From NCBI RefSeq assembly GCF_009914755.1, contig NC_060926.1: a DNA stretch of 64,000 nucleotides; one strand, given 5' to 3'. This stretch comes from the human T2T-CHM13v2.0 reference genome, Homo sapiens. The translations under genes were made by a program, and so were the position numbers. The notes under the pieces were generated by a model that had not been told where the DNA came from, did no database searches, and saw nothing but the letters and a program-made list of their open reading frames with translations. Shown here one piece after another: positions 17,765-37,834 of the stretch. Each line of letters starts with the position of its first letter. Positions within the stretch are counted from its first letter, which is position 1.

Positions 17765-20169
17765 CCACTCTGGGTTCCTTTACAAGGCAACCCACTCACC
17801 CACGCTGTGTGGTTTAGAGCTCAGAATTGTTTGGTTTAAACACAGAAAGTGACTTTCATTTCATGGATAGATATTCAATTTTTTTTTAATTTCCTGATTT
17901 ATTATACTTTTTTGAATGTCAAAAAATTTGACCTTTCACTTGGAATGACGTAAAAGCTATGCCTCCGGTCTTAGACCTGAGTACTCCAGCCAGTCCTCCT
18001 AGAGGACTGATAAATTAGTCTTTGTAGTTTATGTTTTTTGCCATATGCTTTGATTCAAGTAAGAACTGGTGCTATACATTCTGAATGTTACACAATTCTG
18101 TTCATGTTGATCTTCAATAGAATATGTGTATTACACTATTGATGCTGCTTTTCAAGATGAGCCCTGTTGCCTATAATTAACTAGGACACAGGTTTTGTCT
18201 CACTTGTCCAGCCACTGCGCTACACAAAACCTTGAGTATGCCTCTACAGCCCTAACCCTGGGAAAGATGGCCATAGGCCATGGCCTCCTGTGTGCTGTGG
18301 TCAAACTCGTGGGACTCTGAGACCCTAAGGCCCCCGTAGACATTAGCCTTTTCTTCAGCAACCCTTTTGCACAGACAAGTGGAGAAAGAGTCCCACTGGG
18401 ACTCTGGGGGGACAGTCATCCATTGCACTGGGGTTGGGGGTGAGGGGATGCCTGGAACTGTCCCAGTGCCAAAGGCACCATGTCATTTTTTTTTTTAAAG
18501 GTGTCAAAGGGCCACTGCCTCATTATTGACTTGAGACCCAGAAATAGTGCTGTGTGTAGATAGTGGTCTTGGAGAGGCGTTGGTTTAAAATGCACTTATG
18601 TAAGTTTGAGCTGTTTTCTTTTCTTCAGCTTAATTGGGAACTAGAAGATACGTGGTTGCAAAAAAAGCAGAACCAGACATACCATGGGCATCATTCTGTC
18701 CCAGGACAATGGGAAGGGTCCCAGGGGCAGGTGTGCCAAGGTGGCCCTGCCCACCCATCCAGCGTACCCGTAAACACATACCAGGTGCCATGGGCCCTGC
18801 TGGGTACCACATGGAGAGCTTCTCAGTCTAAACCACCATAAAAGTCAAGGCTGATGTTTGTGGCACAGAGTGGGTAGGTCCATCCAGGGACGTCATGGGG
18901 AAACCACTGCCATGCAGCTCAGCACCCACAAGTGCCGGTCTCAGGCCAGCCCTAGATGACACTGTTCAATTTGTCAAGTCCACAGATAGGGTTGGGGTTT
19001 TTGTTGTTTTTCTTTTCTGATCTTACCTAGTAGTGCAATACCACATTTAAAGTTTAATTCTCTTCCCAGAATGTCTTGTGGAAACTTTACATTTCATTCC
19101 TGTTCACATTGTAAGATCTCTGATGTTTTGCCTGGATGGATTTACTGTGATTGCACAGGGACCACGTGGCTCAGGTGTCTGAGCCATTGAGGGCATCTTG
19201 CAAGGGCTGGTTTTCCTTTTCTCATCAGTGTTGGCTGGATGCCAGCAGGGGTTTTGTGGCTAACCACATCAGGCAGTTTCCCATTTTTGTAGCTTTGTTA
19301 TACCTAAACCGCAGTCTCATCATTTTGCTTATGCAGCTAGAAGTTTCAGTCTGTATAGTTGTTATTCATTCTGTCCCTGGTAATTTAGACCTGCCTTCTT
19401 GATGCTTTAGGGGCCATTGGGCACAGCTTTCTACATTGGCTAACAAATACCTGTGAAAATGTTAACAGACAGAAGCGCAGCAGTGAACCTGAGGTCAGGA
19501 CAGGACTGTTTGGGAGGTTCTTCTTTTCTTACTGTCACTCCAAAAATAAACCTTGGATTTGTGTGCTGGGGAGAAATGAGTATAGATAACATTTAAAACG
19601 TTTTCCTAAACCTTAGTATTCATATGGTAGCTGATGGTTCCTCTCCCCTTCATTACTGTTGCCTGACGACGGTCCTTGCTGATGCTGTGAACTAACAAAG
19701 TTGTCTTTTTGTTTTTAAGGGAACCCACCCTGGCGTCTGGACAGCAGGTTAGGTTTGGGTGGTTTTGAGCTAGCACTGCTGTGGGGCAGGGGTGGCCGCT
19801 CCCTGGTGAAGCTAATGCTGTGGAAGCTGGAATGTTCCTTCCTAAGGAGTGGGATCATGCCCCTACCCCAGCAGAGGTATCTCATCACTCGCTCATGTGC
19901 GAGATTCTAAATAAATTTTGTTCTTGGGCATCTTCTACTAGGCCTCCTATAAAATAGATCTTGCTGTTTTTGGTTTGTGTTAATGGAACCTCACTTTCTA
20001 GAGATAATTGTTTAGTTTTTTATTTAGGAAGTTTTCAAAATATACAAAGCAGGAATGTAAGGAACCCGCATCACCTCAAATTCAGTGTTACCCACACTTG
20101 ACCATGCTTGCCCCAGCTGTGCCTTTTTTCTTTCCTTGGGTATTTTGTTGCTAAAGTATTTTATTATTA

Positions 20170-20495
<326 letters not shown>

Positions 20496-22344
20496 TCAAT
20501 CAAGGCTTTCTTCCGAGTTACTGCTCACAGCCCTCTTACCCCTTTCTCTTGTGAGTGGGTTGTAATGTCCACCCAGAGGGGATTTAGACACGGAAGGGAA
20601 GGCAAGCGTGGGCACCATGGCTTTAGAACCATAAGGAAGACATTTCCCTCTACAGATTCTGTCTTTCCACTTGTAACAGTTAATGAGGCACTGACGTTGC
20701 TCTTTTCCACCTTAACAAGACAGTTTACAGTGGTTAAATAGCAAAACTCCAGGAGCAATTCAGCCTGAGGCCATAGTGCCCTGCAGCAGCATTGGGCTCT
20801 GCTTTTGTTTCTGCTTTGTGCTTTGTGGCTCTTCTTCAAGCCAGTGTTGGGTAGTGCACAGCCTGAGAGGTGTGGCCTGATAAACCCTGAAATTGAAAGA
20901 AGTATGCAGATTTGACTCAGCACTCCTGGAAGTGTCTGGATACAGCTCACTGAGAGTGTGGAGGTGAAAGTGCCTGCAAAATATTAACAGTTCTCTCTCA
21001 ATCTATTGATCTCCTCAGTTACATCCAGAACCTTAAAGCCGCACAGTTGTCATCCTCCGCCCGCAGTCTCAGGCAGGGCGCATCAGGGGCTGCACTGGTA
21101 GCTCCCAGGAGGACTTACCCATGGGTCACCGTCATAGCCAGGTGTGTCTACTCAGAGGGGACGCAATCCTGCAGCAGTCCCCGTCAATGAGAGGCCACCA
21201 GCAGACAGTGCCTGTTGGACCCATGAAGTCCACCACTAATTATATACTCTGCTTTAGGTAGAATATTTTTATTAGCTGTCAAACTGTTTTTGTATTTAAG
21301 TTTCCAAAAGTCCAGGTACTTTATGTAGGCCAATGTATAAATATTTCAAGTCTAACAGTAGCACAGTTATATGTTAATACAACTGACTACACGAAAAATA
21401 TGTAATAGCATATGCTATGTAATTTTTCAAATCACTAGGTATTGATATGTGCCTTTTTTATATTACCAAGAGATTCTCTAAATATGGAATTAGATTAGGA
21501 TTCTCTGCTCCACTTAACACACATTTTTAAATTAGTACTGATGATTGAGGGATGGACAATAGCACACCAAAAAAAAAAGAGTTTAGTATGAAAAATTTAA
21601 ACCTGTTGGTTAAGTCATTCCCATTAATGTCATTTTGCTGAGGGTGACTTGGTCCTTTTGAATTGCTTTGGTGTACGGGTATGTTCTGATTTTTCATGCA
21701 AGCTCCTCTGCCATTCCACCGCTCTGAGGAGTAATTGTAGCACTTCACATGTGCTGTGGTTGTGATCACATGGTGACATACATAGCATGTGTGTTCCCAG
21801 CTGTTGTGTGTTTATGTGACATTTGATGCCAATACATATGTCTTCAAGGTATGCTTGTTCCCTCCCAGCTCGTGGAATATCAAAAAAATTCATTGCTGGA
21901 AAAATTATTTCATAGACAAAAATGTTAATGTTCTCTTGGGGACTTAGAGTTGAAAATATTTGTATAGATTTGGTTCTCAAGTCCACAGAATCGTATCTGC
22001 TGTGGTCTCCCTTTGGTGCTCATCTGGGAGCCATGTGTATGGAAGATTCTGTCACAGGCGGCTGGGATGTGGGCAGATGCTGTTAGCCTCCCTCTCCACG
22101 TGGTGGTCCATGCCTGACGTGTCCCCTAGTTCAAGGAAGCGCCATCTTTAGCATGAAAACAATTGCGTTCCCCTAGGAAATGAAGAAAAAATGAGCTGAA
22201 ATTTCCTTATACATTTGAATTTGTTCATTTTTTAAAGAGACATTTTTGTTGTCTGCTTTGTGGTACTTATAAAATTTGTTTTCCATTGAAATTGCCATTT
22301 ATAAATTTGCAGATATGTACTAATTTAGATTTTTTTAAGTGTTC

Positions 22345-22350
22345 AATAAA
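22345..22350 (+). terminator. Candidate intronic polyadenylation signal ending the alternative last exon
   Basis: AATAAA with upstream TGTA and T-rich sequence and downstream T/GT-rich sequence, at the end of an AT-rich, repeat-poor stretch; weaker candidates at 19545-19550 and 19910-19915. Confidence 0.5.
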
Positions 22351-24408
22351 ATAAGGATATATTTACTGTGAATTTTTAAATGGGCTTTTTAGCTTTCTTT
22401 CCCTCTACTTTTAGTTTTGATTTATATAAGTTAAAGATTCTTTTGCATATTAATCCCTGAAGCAGCTGCATATTTTTTATAACAGTGTCACTGACATCTT
22501 CATAGGCTTCTGAGCAAGAAACAGGGAACAGGCACCATGACTCTTGTGCAGATTGTCTTGTTTTAATATGGGTGATGATGTCTGTGGAAGGCCAGTGGGG
22601 AAAGGTGCCTTGCTTCTTCTTGGTCTTAGCTCTGTCAGTGCTTCCTGCTCTCGCCTGGTGTGGCCTGCACGGCAGAGCTGGGTGTCGGGGAGGACGTGCC
22701 GTGCAGGCCCCCACCACACCCCACGGGGCGGGCCTTGTGTCCTTGCACTTTTACCGTGCACAGAACAGATGCTGTTGGCTTAAAATTCTGAAAATGAGGT
22801 TATTATTGCCTGTTTTTTCCACAGTCAGCCAAAACCACCCTGTAAATTACAGGGGAGGACGTGAACAAGAGACCCCTGCCCCAGAGTGCAACAGCTCTGC
22901 AGGTTCTGGGCAAGGCTTTATTCCACTCTGAGCTTGAGTTTCCCATTTGGCCAACACGAGTTTCTGCTGCCTCCGTGGAATGTCCATGCCTCTCTAGCCC
23001 CACACACGCCTGCGGGGGTGGGGGCAGGGCTTTGGACACTGCCTCCTGCTTTTGAGCCCTGTGAGGATAGGCTCCTCACCTTGCCCTTTTCGGACCTTGG
23101 AGCAGCACAGAGCTGCAGCCACTGATGTCAGGCGCCTCTGGGAAGGTGGTGGTGCCTCCCCGGGGCTCTAAAGCACCTGCTGCCCAGTGGGCAGGGTGCT
23201 CAGTGAGCACCTGAGGCCAGGGTGGGAGGCACCTGGCAGTAAGCCCTTCCTGGAGCTCAGCAATTGTACCTGCCACACCAGAGCAGAGGGGCTGTGGCAG
23301 CAGCATGTTCTAGAAAGGCACTTGTCAGAACAAACTCATGGGTCTCCTCAGAGCCCATGGATGGGTAGTTACTTCCCACTTAGAGGAGAGGGAAAAGAGT
23401 CCCAGGGGCCTCACTTACCCCCCCTACATCATGCCAGCCCTGCTCCCTGACCATCACCCTCCTGGTCCTGGGGCCACCCCTGCCCAGCATCCGCTGCCTA
23501 AGGATGAAGTGGGAGGCACCTGGGTGCCTAAATCCTGATTTCAAGAAACTGCTCAAAAGCATTTCTGTATGAGGTCTATAAGTTGACTGATTTAGATGGT
23601 AAAAACCATGTGGCCTTTATGTTCTTCAAATATGTCAGTTCAGATTATATTTCTTTCCTAATCCTAATAACTATCACCCTTTATTTAGTTTACTTTAATA
23701 GTTTGTTTTCGGGACCTTGCCTCCATTGTTCCAATAGAAAGATTAATAAGTCAGAGCATGCTTCTCAAAGTTTTGGACACAATGTATTAGAACAAAAACA
23801 TAGAGGCTGTGGAGCACCTTCACTTATTCAAGAGGAGACCGTACACCTGGCAGATAGCAGATCTGGACAAATGGCCCAAAGCACAACTTGCTGTTATAGG
23901 TTAGAACACCTGTTTTTCTTAGGAAGGAAAAGGTCTCGTTTATTTAGCGCAAAACAGGAAAGAAACAAAGATTATTGGGAGCACTTCGTGTGTTGATACA
24001 GTTGTCTGAACCATGGGAGAGCAGCAGCGGTGGCTCCACCGTGTGCTGCCTACCAAGCCGTGGTCCAAGGCTTCGTGTGTCAGCTCGTTAAAACCCCAAA
24101 TGGCCCTTGGGAAAGCTGTGCCATGCATCACACCTTCACGTCCTGTCCTGTGGGCAGTGATGCCGGGTAGGGAGGTGAGCTGAATGCACAGTAAGAGATG
24201 AACCAATACCTGGACCCCTTGCCATTAACCATTTTTCTATCTCCCGCTTGTATTCTTTGAGCCAGATTTTGTGTAAGAGCCACTCATGACATCCTCTTCC
24301 AGTAGAGAAGCCAGAAATAATTTTCGGCTAACTCATCAGGTTCACATTTACTTGGATCCCTTGGACAGTTCCACATTTTCCTTTTCTTCTGGAATTAACA
24401 ATTCATTT

Positions 24409-24573
24409 GGCCGGGCGCGGTGGCTCACGCCTGTAATCCCAGCTCTCAGGGAGGCAAGAGGCGGGAGGATAGCTTGAGCCCAGGACTTCGAGACCTGCCT
24501 AGGCAATATAGCGAGACCCCGTTCTCCAGAAAAAGGAAAAAAAAAAAAGAAAGACAAAAAAAATAAGCGTAAC
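24409..24573 (+). pseudogene. BCYRN1: Retrocopy of BC200 RNA (brain cytoplasmic RNA 1), 3'-truncated
   Basis: Alu monomer with BC200-diagnostic cccagctctcagggagg, ggatagcttgagccc, gagacctgcct, cccgttctccagaaaaagg, the A-rich domain and aataagcgtaac; TSD aacaattcatt at 24397-24407 and 24571-24581. Symbol is that of the parent gene. Confidence 0.93.
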
Positions 24574-24947
24574 AATTCATTCATTGAGCCTCAGTTTCCT
24601 GTACCTCCTCTGAAGTCAACCTTCAACTTGACCTTGAATTTTGCCAAGCAGGAGCTGATTCTTCCTCCACTAATAGGCAAATATTTTCAAGAATCATTTG
24701 TTAGAGTTTTAAAGAGGAGAATTTAAAAGTATGAAATAAAAATAACTTTACCTTTTTCTCTAAATGTGATATTTCTCTTTCATCATCTAGTTAGATGAAT
24801 AAAAACAGTGTCTTGAAGGGAAAAGTGAAGGTAAGCACAAAAGTTTAATTAACATTGTGATTTTTAAATGGCATTTCAGAAATCATATGATGAATATTGA
24901 GAAAATTCTGGAAGTAAAGAGACTGCCACAAAGAAAATCACCTGCCA

Positions 24948-31175
<6,228 letters not shown>

Positions 31176-31970
31176 GTAAAGTTATCTTTAAAATTTGGCA
31201 CTTAATAGTTACTGGTTTCCCATAGAAAAACATTAGAAATTAACCTTTGAGAATTTTTTTAAATAGAAAAGGATTTTTTTATTATAAAATACACAATGAA
31301 ATATATTTCATCATCTTTAGAATTGGGCTGCAAATTTGGCACCTATTTATTCGAAAACAAACATGGTTTTAAGAAGGGGAAAATTATTACTGTGTTTTAG
31401 AAAACCAAAATAAAATCCCCATTAATGAAAAACTCAAGGAACTGGAAAACAGTATCATGAATTGAGCAGTTTTATATGATCCATTTTTTAATGAATAATA
31501 AGTTTGGCCTTAAAATAGACATTGTCTTTTCAGATGTTAGCCCTGGTTTGACATCTTAAGTCTCTAACCTCTAGCAATGCACATAGAAAGTGTTCCCCCG
31601 TCCTGGTGGTGCCTTTTGCTTTACACACTTTGTGGTGCTTAGTTTTATCATAGTTACATATTCTGCAGAGCCCAAAAGAAGCCCCTAGAAACACAAGGTT
31701 GGTATCCAGGCCCCCCTAGAGTCCGGGGAGGATCCACACTGTCTGTGGATTGCTCTCTGAAATTGGGTAGATGAACCATCAACCCTCATTTTCATTTTAT
31801 GTCATGTTTAGAATTGTGTGTGATAGAGGCTGTACATACACGTTTTACAGGAAGCGCCTGGCACTGTGTGAGGCTGGCGGTTGAATGGTCAGGAGAGTAG
31901 TAGCGGCTCTAAGCCAGCCTCACAGCCCTTTCTCATTTCTCGCTCCATCCCCCTCCCCGTTCATTTCCAG

Positions 31971-32146
31971 GCCTTTCCACGAAGAGTCCTCAGCCTTCTC
32001 CCTCCAGCCGGAAGAGCCCCCTGAGTCTGAGCCCTGCATTTCAGGTGCCTTTGGGCCCAGCTGAACAGGGCTCATCCCCACTCCTGAGCCCTGTCCTCAG
32101 TGATGCTGGCGGAGCCGGGATGGACTGCGAGGAGCCCAGACACAAG
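31971..32146 (+). CDS. FARP2: FARP2 coding exon (~exon 14), linker
   Basis: tcatttccag|GC CTT...AAG|gtgggc; (G)LSTKSPQPSPSSRKSPLSLSPAFQ...MDCEEPRHK; 176 nt, phase 1/0. Confidence 0.94.
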
Positions 32147-32449
32147 GTGGGCCCCTCGAGGCTGAGAAGCTAGCAGAGGGTTGCAGGGTGGGCCTGTTTT
32201 CACTGTTCCTTCGGGTGGTGCTGGTGGGGACCCTGGGGCGGGGCAGGGAAGGGCTCTGCACTCACAGCCGCCTTACCAGCCTCCTGAGCAGAGAGGAGGT
32301 ACTGGGCCGCCTTCCCTAGCAAAACCTTCCTGAGACTTTCCTCTTATCTCTGGGACTCCAGGTTCCTTCGTACAAAAACGAGTTTCCTTATTCATTTAGC
32401 AAACGGTCCCTGGAACCCACAGGCTCCATGTGTCAGGCTGGATCTTCCA

Positions 32450-32535
32450 GCCTCCCCCACTCTTCCTTCCTTCCCTCCCACCTTCCTCATTTCTCCCTCC
32501 CTCCCTCCCTCCTTTGCTCCTTTCTTCTCTCCCTG
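32450..32535. repeat. CT-rich low-complexity tract
   Basis: (cctt)n/(ccct)n pyrimidine run. Confidence 0.8.
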
Positions 32536-32575
32536 CTTGGTCAAGCTTCTACTTTGACAATTGAGTAACTGGGAG

Positions 32576-33060
32576 GAAAGATCTGGGTGCTAAGGGAGGG
32601 TGCACTAGGGACCGCTTTGGGTTCCGGAGAGGCTCTTGGGCAGGAGGCCCAGTGTAGAAAGATCTGGGTGCTAAGGGAGGGTACACTAGGGACCGCTTTG
32701 GGTTCCGGAGAGGCTCTTGGGCGGGAGACCCAGTGTAGAAAGATCTGGGTGCTAAGGGAGGGTACACTAGGGACCGCTTTGGGTTCCGGAGAGGCTCTTG
32801 GGCGGGAGACCCAGTGTAGAAAGATCTGGGTGCTAAGGGAGGGTGCACTAGGGACCGCTTTGGGTTCCGGAGAGGCTCTTGGGCGGGAGACCCAGTGTAG
32901 AAAGATCTGGGTGCTAAGGGAGGGTGCACTAAGGACCGCTTTGGGTTCTGGAGAGGCTCTTGGGCGGGAGACCCAGTGTAGAAACATCTGGGTGCTAAGG
33001 GAGGGTGCACTAGGGACCGCTTTGGGTTCTGGAGAGGCTCTTGGGCGGGAGACCCCGTGT
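32576..33060. repeat. VNTR, 6 copies of an 81-bp unit
   Basis: atctgggtgctaagggagggt recurs at 32581, 32662, 32743, 32824, 32905 and 32986; copies nearly identical. Confidence 0.97.
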
Positions 33061-35033
33061 CGATGTTGGAGACAGTGGAGGAGCCACCTGGGGCGAGGGG
33101 GCGGTTCTCTGCTGTTGTGGCACGGGGAGGGGGGCACATGGGCCACAGACAGGGGTGAGGCTTTATGACAAAGTTGAGGCAGTGTCCCCTATGGGTCTCT
33201 TTTTATCAGAGATGATAGGAATAAGGGCACAAACTGAGAGTCTGCAGGGAGAAAGTGACCGAGCAGAGAAGCTCACTGCTGGCAGGCACAGGGCAACCAG
33301 GGGCAGGGATGCTGTGGCCTCAGGGTGGCCTCCACTCTCCTAGCCCAGGGGAGTCTGCCTACAGCTACGGTTTTGCAGATGGACCCTAAAAGAAAAGACT
33401 CAGGGTCCAGGGAGTTTGTAGACTATATTGGGCCTGGAGTCCACAGAGAAGGGAGACATGGGGTCCCTGAGTGGCAGCTGGATGGGAAGAGGCCATGGGG
33501 CCTCTAGGAGGGAGGGAGTCAGTGCTGGTACAGGGGGAGGTATGTCATTGTGACACCTCAGCACTCCTGCTTTGGCCCGAATTGGCCAGAGGATATTCTG
33601 TCCAAGGCCTGCCTTCCAGATGCCAGGGCTACCCGTGGGATGCTGGGACTCTCAGCAGGTAGGATGGCACAGGCAGGGCAGTCTCCTCCTTCCTGGTGCC
33701 CTGAGGGTCCCCCTGGATCCCACTGGAGTGGAAGGAGCCCCCTGGTCTGGAGGCAGCAAAGGATATTAAACGTACTGCTGCACGAGGCCTGCAAGTGAGG
33801 GCTAGTTCTGGGCCCTGGCAGCAAGACTGTTTCCAAAAAAGATGTCTTTTTATTTTATTTTGGAAACCTAATGACAATCTCTTTAGTTCACTGTTTCTTT
33901 GGTACAAAAAAAAAAATGGCTACCAAGCAGTCTGTTATTAAGACTAAATTTTAATTTGTAACTTTTTATATTACAAAAATCAGTTGATTCTTTAGATGGT
34001 TCTATAGGATGACAGCTTGTCACATCTGAGGATAATTGGGCTGGTGGCAAGTGGCCCTGGGAGAAGCCTGTGAGTCATGACGTGGCATGGGGCCAGCAGC
34101 ATGGCAAGGCCCTCTGGGATGGGGGCACCTCAGGGTCCTCACCGAGCCATGCCCTTGAGGAGTTGGTGGCTGGGTCACTGCAGAGAAAGATTCGGCAGCC
34201 CTTGGGCCCAGCCCCTGCGTGTGGGCACCCTCAGCCCTGACGTGGTGTCTCCTGTTGCCTCTCCTCAACACCTGGGCTCTGGAGGGAGGGCTCTGGGCTC
34301 TGCTTCAATTCTGTGTGTGTGAGTTGAGATAGCAAGGCTGTTGCCCAGCACAGGTGGGCTCCGAGATGGCAAGGATGGCCCTTTCATCACCATGCAGGGG
34401 CTGCTGGTTTGACCCAGAGGTAGGTTCCCACCAGAGTACCCCTCTGTGCTGACCTCATGAACCAGTGTGCCCAGCCAGGCTGCAACAGGTTCTGGGGAGA
34501 CCCCGGCCCCACATTCACTGACGGTTCTGCTGGCAAGGCCTGGCAGACCACTCTCCTGGGGAGCCAGGGTGACAGGGGTCTGAGAAGCACGTGCTGCCAC
34601 TGAGGCCACCCGTCAAGCTTTTGCACTTGCACCCAGTTGCTGGGCTGTGCGGGGAGGGGCAAAGAGCTGCCCACCCTCCAGCCCACCCTCGCCAGCTGGT
34701 GCCCTCCTCCCCAGTGTCTCCCACTTGATGCACTGTTTGTCCCCTTTTTAATAGAGATTTGTGAGGATCGGCCACAGTCGAAAGGTAGGAAAGCCAAAGG
34801 TGGCAGAAGCCTCTTCCACGCTCTGCATGGGCACATAGACCCTTCATGTGGGGACAGGTGGCGAAGCTCACAGGAATTGCATGCTCCTCTGGGCCTATCC
34901 CTGGCCGCCGTCTCATCCCTGGCCTGCAGCCCAGCTTGCTGGGGGTCAGGTTTGACATTGATCTAGAGGTGGGGGCAGCGTGGCAGCTGCTGTATTTTCT
35001 GTCCCTGAGAGTCTTCTCACGGTATTCCTTGGG

Positions 35034-35076
35034 CTGATTGGGCGGGGCGGGGCGGGGGCAGGGGCGGGACGGAAGA
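35034..35076. promoter_or_regulatory. Compact cluster of inverted CCAAT box, tandem GC boxes and ETS core
   Basis: ctgattgg gcggggcggggcgggggcaggggcggg acggaag. Confidence 0.4.
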
Positions 35077-35514
35077 CCCTTCTCTTGGCCAGTCTGCTCC
35101 CCTGACTCCCCTGTGACCCACTGGTGGCACCTGTGATGAGAAGTCTCATCAGCGACTGCTGTGGCTCTCTGATGGCGTATGTGTCTCTATGTGCCTCGCC
35201 CCTGGAGGAGTGGAGCTGCTCCGGGACTCGAGCATCCTGTTTCTTTCTATAGAACAACATTCAGAGTTAGGACATTGCCTTTGGACTCCATGCCACGGTG
35301 ACTGTGGCTAGGAAGTTGTCCTCCCTCTACCAGACTCTCCCCCAGGGCCCAAGGCCAACAGTTTGTGGGGCATTAACATGTAACATCCCTGTCCCTCAGC
35401 TGTGTGGGGAAGGCTGGGGCCTCCCAGACCATAAACATGGGCCTCTGGGGACGGGACCAGCTCTGCCCCCAGAGAATTCACTGGGCATATCAAGCTCAGG
35501 TGGAGAAATGACTT

Positions 35515-35829
<315 letters not shown>

Positions 35830-37744
35830 TGAATTTGGATTTGAAAGATGGGCTCAACCTTTCATTTGAAAGATAAAAAAGTCATTTTTAATATCATGAA
35901 GCTCAAAAAGAAAAAATAGAAAAAGCCTAAAGGCTGGAAAGGTGGTTCAGCTTCTCTGTGGGGAGGAGGCCAGTGCACCAAGAGGTGGGGGCTGAGCTGG
36001 TGGCAGAGCCACATGGTGGCAGGGCTGTGGGAGCCAGGCAGGCTGCCAGCCATGGGGAAGAGCTGAGAGAACAGCAGTGGACGTGTGCAGGACTCTGGCG
36101 GGGGAGGCACAGCACCTGGGCACTGGAGGGCTCTAGGCAGCAGCATCTCAGTAGACTGTAGGGTGCTATCCCTTCACAGCTGGCTATATCCATGGGCTCA
36201 GGACTCACAGGATAAATGTGCCTCTGTTGTCCTCTCATCCACGAGGGTAGACAACCCTGCAGGCTCTGCTAAACTTCACAGCAGTACAAGGAAGAAGACA
36301 TGGCTCCACATGCCACCTCAGCTACTTGCTCACTTGCAAACCCAGCTCCTGATACTCCTCCCAAACCTCCAGTCATGGCAGCTGGTCTTTCCCTTGGCTT
36401 AGGCCGAAAACTGCGGCAGTCACCCCTCCTGCCTCCAACCCTCACACCTTACCTCCACACCGGACCTTCAGAATGTGTCCAGGATCTCACCCCTCACCCC
36501 TCCGCGCCCCCCAAGCCAGTGCTGTCTCGCCAGGTGGTGCTGAGGTCCACCGGGAGCCTCTGCCCTCCTGGTCTGCTCTCATCCTGGGGCCCAAGTGTGT
36601 CACAGCACATTCAGGTAGACCCCAAAGGGTCCAGAAGGCCCACGTGGCCTGCTTCCCCACCAATAGCCTGTCTATTCCCTCTGACCTCCCCACATTGCTC
36701 CAGCCCCTTGACCTCTGACCTGTCCCACAGGCTGCCCGGTCTGCTCTGAGTGAGGCTGCGGCCTACTGTGTCCCCCAGCCTCCAGCCCCTCCTCTGCTCT
36801 GCGTTATGCCTTGTACAGCCCTCTGTGCTTCTTGCCTGTCTTCTCCTGGTAGGACACCCTCACAGGGGCAGGGGGCAGTGTCCAGGCGCCTATTCGGAGC
36901 TGACACCTGCTCCATGGATATTTGCACGGCCCACCTACCCTGAAGCTGGCCACAGTCTGGAGGTGGGGCAGGCGAGCTGCCAGGGCAGAGCAGGATCATG
37001 GTTTCTGGGCAGGGAGAGGACGGAGAAGAGGCTGTTAAGTTTTACCTCAACAGAGGGTGGCTCTTGGAGGGTTCAGGGTGGGGAGAGGCCCTGCAGGGAC
37101 AGGACCCAGTGCCTGCCAAGGCCATCATGAGGCATGTGCTTTGCCAGGAACACTGTGTTGGGTGAGGTGTAGAGGGTCCCCTATGGCCAGCTTGCCTGCT
37201 TGGCACCAGCACCTTGGGCAGAGATAGCCCTGCCAGCTATAGGATCGCTCAGGGCTGGGCTGTCTCTAGCAGGGCACGGAAAACTGGGCCCGGGGTATGG
37301 TCCACGTCTGCATCAGGAAGTGCACCAGCAAGTCTGGCGCTCTGATGCAGGCACACTTAGAATGCGCACTGTTTGCTCATTTTAATGACTTTTGTATGGG
37401 TTAGGTTTAATAATTTATAAGCACACACACACTCATGGACCTGTGTCTGCTAACCAGCTATGCCACTGGCAGTGATATATAAAAAATGATTTTATCACAA
37501 AACCAATAATAAACTTCAACCCTGTTTACATATGGTGATATTTGAACAGCAATTCTTTTTTCCAAAAGAATAACAGGATTATGTTTTTACTCAGGGATAA
37601 ATCTCTTCAGAAGTTGAAGGTGAAAACCCCATGACGATGTTACCTTGAGCAGAAGAAAGCAAACATTACCAACTTCAGGCTCCCTGAGCGTGGGAGGGTC
37701 CCATGTCCCAGGGACGCACACTTACAGCTCTCTGCTTCTTTCAG

Positions 37745-37834
37745 CGCGTGCCTGCAGACGAGGCCTACTTCATAGTCAAAGAGATTCTCGCTACAGAACG
37801 AACATACCTCAAGGATTTAGAAGTTATTACCGTG
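37745..37834 (+). CDS. FARP2: FARP2 coding exon (~exon 15), start of DH domain
   Basis: cttctttcag|CGC...GTG|gtacga; RVPADEAYFIVKEILATERTYLKDLEVITV (Dbl-homology EIxxTExxY motif); 90 nt. Confidence 0.97.

Noticed and set aside
32541-33168. Three overlapping ~200-aa repetitive ORFs on both strands
   Set aside because: The 81-bp unit is a multiple of 3 and stop-free in several frames; an artefact of the VNTR with no exon signals
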